Under the pieces are notes generated by a model. That model searched no databases, was not told where the DNA came from, and saw only the letters and a list, made by a program, of their open reading frames with translations. A DNA stretch of 64,000 nt, taken from Zootoca vivipara. Lineage: Eukaryota. The number at the start of each line of letters is the position of its first letter. Within the stretch, counting starts at the first letter, position 1. This document shows, one piece after another, positions 60,601-64,000 of this stretch. Both the position numbers and the translations under genes were made by a program. Location: assembly GCF_963506605.1 (NCBI RefSeq), contig NC_083286.1, positions 38,130,001 through 38,194,000 of the forward strand, read 5' to 3'.

Positions 60601-62278
60601 TTCACATGACTTAAGTATCCATAAAAATAAAGCTGAGTGAAACTGAATGAAGGGATTGTTTGCATGCATGCATGTATACACAGAGATACATTTAAACATG
60701 TGAACCCCCCACCTGTGCCACTTAAAATGAATTTTAAAAGCTCCAGAACATTCGGTGATACATAAAAATGCATGTAGCAGTATTTAAACCACTACAGTAC
60801 AGGAGAAGGAAATTCCAGCCCTCTTCTTTAACTTGTAACCTAACTCAAACCACGTTTACTGAGAAGTAAGCAACAGTGCTTTCAGTGGGACTTACTGCCA
60901 GGTAAGCAAACACAGGGACAGGGACAGGGAGACGGCTGGCACTGTTATCTAAACCACTGAGCCTCTTTCGCTTGCCAATCATAAGGTTGGTGGTTCGAGT
61001 GAGCTCCCGTTGCCCGGTCCCAGCTCCTGCCAACCTACCGGTAGCAGTTTGAAAGCACGTCAAAGTGCAAGTAGATAAATAGGTACCGCTCCAGCGTGAA
61101 GGTAAACGGCATTTCCGTGCACTGCTCTGGTTCACCAGAAGCGGCTTAGTCATGCTGGCCACATGACCCGGAAGCTATACGCCAGCTCCCTCGGCCAATA
61201 AAGCGAGATGAGTGCTGCAACCCCAGAGTTGTCTGCGACTGGACTTAAAGGGGCCCTTTACCTTTACCTTTTTAAGCATGTGCAAGCATCACGTACAGTA
61301 CTGCTTCACTCTTATGGGAGATGTCATGCAAGGTGGAGCATGTCAAGTCAGAAGCGTCAAGAGCGCAAAGGAGACATAACAGTTGCACCTTGCAACTCTC
61401 TGAACAGTTAGTTACGTGCAGATCACGACCACCGAGCCAGGTATCCGCAAGCCTTGGTCTGCCTGCAACTCAATTTAAACATGCCTCCAAGGAACGTGCA
61501 GCGAATCACCCGACACCAGAGGCTCGGAAGGAAACACGAGGAGGGACGAAGTGCTGAAGAAGAGTCGCCCTGTCCAGAGGGGCTGACAGTCTCTGAGGCA
61601 TTTCCCCCCGCCCGCCCTTAAAGGTAAAGGTAAAGGGACCCCTGACCATTAGGTCCAGTCGTGACCGACTCTGGGGTTGCGTGCTCATCTCGCATGATTG
61701 GCCGAGGGAGCCGGCGTATAGCTTCCAGGTCATGTGGCCAGCATGACAAAGCCGCTTCTGGTAAAGCAGAGCAGCACATGGAAACGCCGTTTACCTTCCC
61801 GCTGTAGCGGTTCCTATTTATCTACTTGCATTTTGACGTGCTTTCGAACTGCTAGGTTGGCAGGAGCTGGGACCAAGCAATGGGAGCTCACCCCGTCACA
61901 GGGATTCGAACCGCCGACCTTCTGATCAGCAAGCCCTAGGCTCAGTGGTTTAACCACAGCGCCACCTGGGTCCCCAAAGGTAAAGGTAAAGGGACCCCTG
62001 ACCATTAGGTCCAGTCGTGACCGACTCTGGGGTTGCGTGCTCATCTCGCATGATTGGCCGAGGGAGCCGGCGTATAGCTTCCAGGTCATGTGGCCAGCAT
62101 GACAAAGCTTACCTTTCCTCTTTTTCACCTGCACGGCCTCCCCAGGTAAAGGGCCCACCCAGCGGTCTCCTTCCTCTTCTCTCCCTCCTTCCTCCTCCTC
62201 CGACCCTTCCCCTCCTTTCGCCTCGCCATCCTTTCCCTCGCTGTGCCTCCTCCTGCGCGGAGGTTCTGCGGACGCCAT
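51652..62278 (-). CDS. PPWD1: PPWD1, spliceosomal WD-repeat and cyclophilin-domain protein (complete, 636 aa)
   Basis: Minus-strand exons 62278-62113 (ATG), 60095-59993, 59408-59308, 58815-58695, 58162-57715, 57034-56844, 55684-55495, 54889-54708, 54228-54147, 53607-53425, 51795-51652 (TGA); total 1911 nt. [42 protein letters not shown] repeats, cyclophilin motifs [15 protein letters not shown]...[15 protein letters not shown]...[13 protein letters not shown]. Confidence 0.97.
52221..52463. mobile_element. Tigger-like MITE
   Basis: TIRs CAGTGATACCTCTACTTACGAAT / ATTCGTAAGTAGAGGTACCACTG, TA target duplication, internal TTCGTAAGTAGA repeats. Confidence 0.85.
56500..56680 (-). mobile_element. 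Older tRNA-derived SINE (Squam3-like), decayed
   Basis: GAGACCATTGGATCC...GGGACCTTCTGCATGCAAGGCAGATGTTCTACCACTGAGCTATAG. Confidence 0.65.
59834..59902 (-). mobile_element. CR1 LINE 3' terminus, decayed
   Basis: AGAAGCATAGAATTGTAGCATTAGAAGGG...CCCCTGCAATCCAGGAAT resembles the 19060 copy. Confidence 0.6.
60350..60600 (-). mobile_element. Sauria SINE 5' portion, interrupted by a hAT MITE
   Basis: GGGAGCTCACCCCATCGCAGGGATTCGAAC...GCTCTGTGGTTTAGAC[MITE]CACAGTGCCACCTGCATCCC matches the SINE head. Confidence 0.82.
60437..60572. mobile_element. Palindromic hAT MITE inserted in a Sauria SINE
   Basis: Long TIRs CAGTGGTCCTCAACCTTGGGCCTCCAGATGTTTT / AAAACATCTGGAGGCCCAAGGTTGAGGATCACTG, perfect 8-bp TSD GTTTAGAC. 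Confidence 0.88.
60927..61272 (+). mobile_element. Sauria SINE with internal deletions
   Basis: Same body as other copies (GGCCACATGACCCGGAAGCT, GTAGATAAATAGGTACCGC) in + orientation, tail CCCTTTACCTTTACCTTT. Confidence 0.88.
61620..61975 (-). mobile_element. Sauria SINE, full length
   Basis: Head GGGGACCCAGGTGGCGCTGTGGTTAAACC...GGTTCGAATCC, tail (ACCTTT)n on minus strand. Confidence 0.92.
61976..62108 (-). mobile_element. Sauria SINE, 5'-truncated tandem copy abutting the PPWD1 exon 1 donor
   Basis: 133 bp identical to 61620-61752. Confidence 0.9.
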
Positions 62279-62560
62279 ATTGGCTCTGCTTTTTTCCTTC
62301 GGCGCTGGGTAGTGACGCAATTGAGAGAGCGCCGCCCGCGACCCTCGCCGACAGCCAATGAGAGCGCAGCCCGCGCAGGTTCGGAATGCGGAGCGAAGCG
62401 ACTCGGACCGAGCTGAGGAGAAGAAGAAGACAGACGCCAGCGACGGCGGCGCCGAGAAATCGCTATGGTAATGTCGGGAGTGGGCGGCCATTGACTGGTC
62501 GGTCTGGGCGAGCGCATCATTTTCTTCTGTGGAGGCGTCAGGGGTCGTGAGGCTGGAGCT
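62279..62560. promoter_or_regulatory. CpG-island promoter of PPWD1, probably bidirectional with CENPK
   Basis: CpG-rich DNA directly upstream of the PPWD1 ATG; CCAAT at 62355-62359, ATTGG at 62279-62283, TGACGCAA at 62313-62320. CENPK is head-to-head with PPWD1 in other vertebrates (synteny inference). Confidence 0.7.
62400..62467 (+). other. Candidate first exon of the divergent gene (CENPK by synteny); start approximate
   Basis: Donor-like ATG|GTAATG at 62465-62473 on + inside the CpG island. No CENPK coding sequence recognised in the window. Confidence 0.3.
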
Positions 62561-62943
62561 TGTTTTCTCCTCCTCCACTAGAGACGGATGTGGCTGAATA
62601 ATAATAATGATGATGATCATGATGATGCCCGTCTCTGGGCAGCAGCGCCTAGAGGAGGACGATTGACCTCAGGTCCCACGGATGGGCTTCCCAGGGGCAC
62701 CTGGCGGGTCACTGGGGGAAACCAGATACTGGCAGGGCCGGATTTAGATGAAGAGAGGCCCTAGGCTACTCCCTTTGTGAGCCCCCTCCTACCCCCACCC
62801 TCACGACTAGAATTAAATGGAAGCGTGTCATAAACAAAATTGAGTGAAGCGAAGGTTGATGATGGGTAATTAAAATCCTGCAATTCTCAATTTCTCAGTG
62901 TTGAAGATTTTCATTCTTTGTTTTGGTACCTTGTATGAATGCT

Positions 62944-63149
62944 GGATTCCCTGGAAAATATCCTGATGTTGGGAAAGCTTGAGGGCACTAGGAGAAGGGG
63001 ACAACAGAGGACAAGATGGTTGGACAGTGTTCTTGAAGCTACTAACACGAGTTTGACCAAACTGCAGGAGGCAGTGGAAGACAGGAGTGCCTGGCGTGCT
63101 ATGGTCCATGGGGTCACGAAGAGTCGGACACAACTAAACAACAACAACA
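62944..63149 (+). mobile_element. BovB (RTE) LINE 3' end
   Basis: DSLENILMLGKLEGTRRRGQQRTRWLD...AVEDRSAWRAMVHGVTKSRTQL followed by a (CAA)n tail. Confidence 0.9.
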
Positions 63150-63156
63150 TGTTATA

Positions 63157-64000
63157 TGGGATCAGTTCCAATCTGTTACCTCCGATGATGTGGACAGGCT
63201 GCTTGGACGAGTGAAACCGACCACCTGTCTCCTTGATCCTTGCCCATCCTGGCTAATAAAAGCAAGCCGTGAAGGGCTGAGCGATGGGCTCTGCGGGGTG
63301 GTGAACACTTCCCTCTACGAGGCAGCCTTCCCAGACCCACTGAAAGAGGCGGTCATTAAACCGCTTCTTAAGAAAACATCTTTAGACCCTGCCAATATGG
63401 CCAACTATTGCCCAGTCTCAAATCTACCATTCTTGGGCAAGGTGATTGAGCGGGTGGTTGCTGAACAACTCCAAGCACGCCTGGAAGAAGCGGACCATTT
63501 GGATCCATTCCAATCGGGATTCAGGCCTCACCATGGGACTGAAACTGCCTTGGTCGCGCTGGTCAATGATCTCTGGCGAGCTAGGGACAAAGAGCTGTTT
63601 CCTAGTTCTGCTGGATCTCTCAGCGGCCTTTGACACCATCGACCATAACATCCTTCTGGACCGTCTAGAGGGGCTGGGAGCTGGGGGCACTGAGATACAG
63701 TGGTTCCGCTCCTTCATCCTGGGCCGTGTTCAGAAAGTGGTGTTGGGGGATGGGTGTTCAGACCCCTGGGCACTCACTTGTGGGGTGCCTCAGGGTTCCA
63801 TTCTCTCCCCCATGCTTTTTAATATCTATATGGAGCTGGGAGAGATCATCAGGGGGTTTGGGCTGGGTGTTCATCAGTATGCAGATGACACCCAGCTCTA
63901 CCTTTCTTTTAAATCAGAACCAGTGAAGGCGGTGAAGGTCCTGTGTGAGTGCCTGGAGGCGGTTGGAGGATGGATGGTGGCTAACGGATTGAGGTTGAAT
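63157..64000 (+). mobile_element. L2-clade LINE reverse transcriptase region, frameshifted, runs off the window
   Basis: PTTCLLDPCPSWL...PLLKKTSLDP..MANYCPVSNLPFLGKVIE...QSGFRPHHGTETALV, then LLDLSAAFDTIDH, GVPQGSILSP and YADD motifs in shifted frames. Confidence 0.92.

Noticed and set aside
61900-61975. tRNA-like sequences with A and B boxes (also near 24300, 56620, 12510)
   Set aside because: These are SINE heads, not tRNA genes; no full cloverleaf.
61814-62620. 268-aa minus-strand ORF, the longest in the track
   Set aside because: It is PPWD1 exon 1 read in frame plus GC-rich promoter sequence and SINE read-through past the donor; not a separate gene.

Overview
Eukaryotic (vertebrate) genomic DNA, almost certainly a squamate reptile and probably a lacertid lizard, judged from Sauria SINEs, BovB, L2/CR1 LINEs, a Penelope-like palindrome and hAT/Tc1-mariner MITEs. 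The window holds the conserved gene block SGTB (+, last 7 coding exons) - TRAPPC13 (-, 13 coding exons, complete) with SHLD3/RINN1 (-, single coding exon) nested in TRAPPC13 intron 1 - TRIM23/ARD1 (+, 11 coding exons, complete) - PPWD1 (-, 11 coding exons, complete), and a CpG island that by synteny should be the shared PPWD1/CENPK promoter. I reconstructed exons by hand from splice signals and reading-frame continuity; protein identities come from my recognition of the translated sequences, not from a database search. Most ORFs in the supplied track are spurious or partial exons. I found no wholly new gene system. The most interesting items are the uORF-laden, nested SHLD3 transcript, an 81-bp Penelope-like palindrome carrying two hammerhead ribozyme cores in a TRIM23 intron, a tandem Sauria SINE inserted into the PPWD1 exon 1 splice donor, a GC-AG intron in TRIM23, an 18-nt microexon and a NAGNAG acceptor in TRAPPC13, and ZNF143-type motifs both in the bidirectional promoter and in hAT MITEs.
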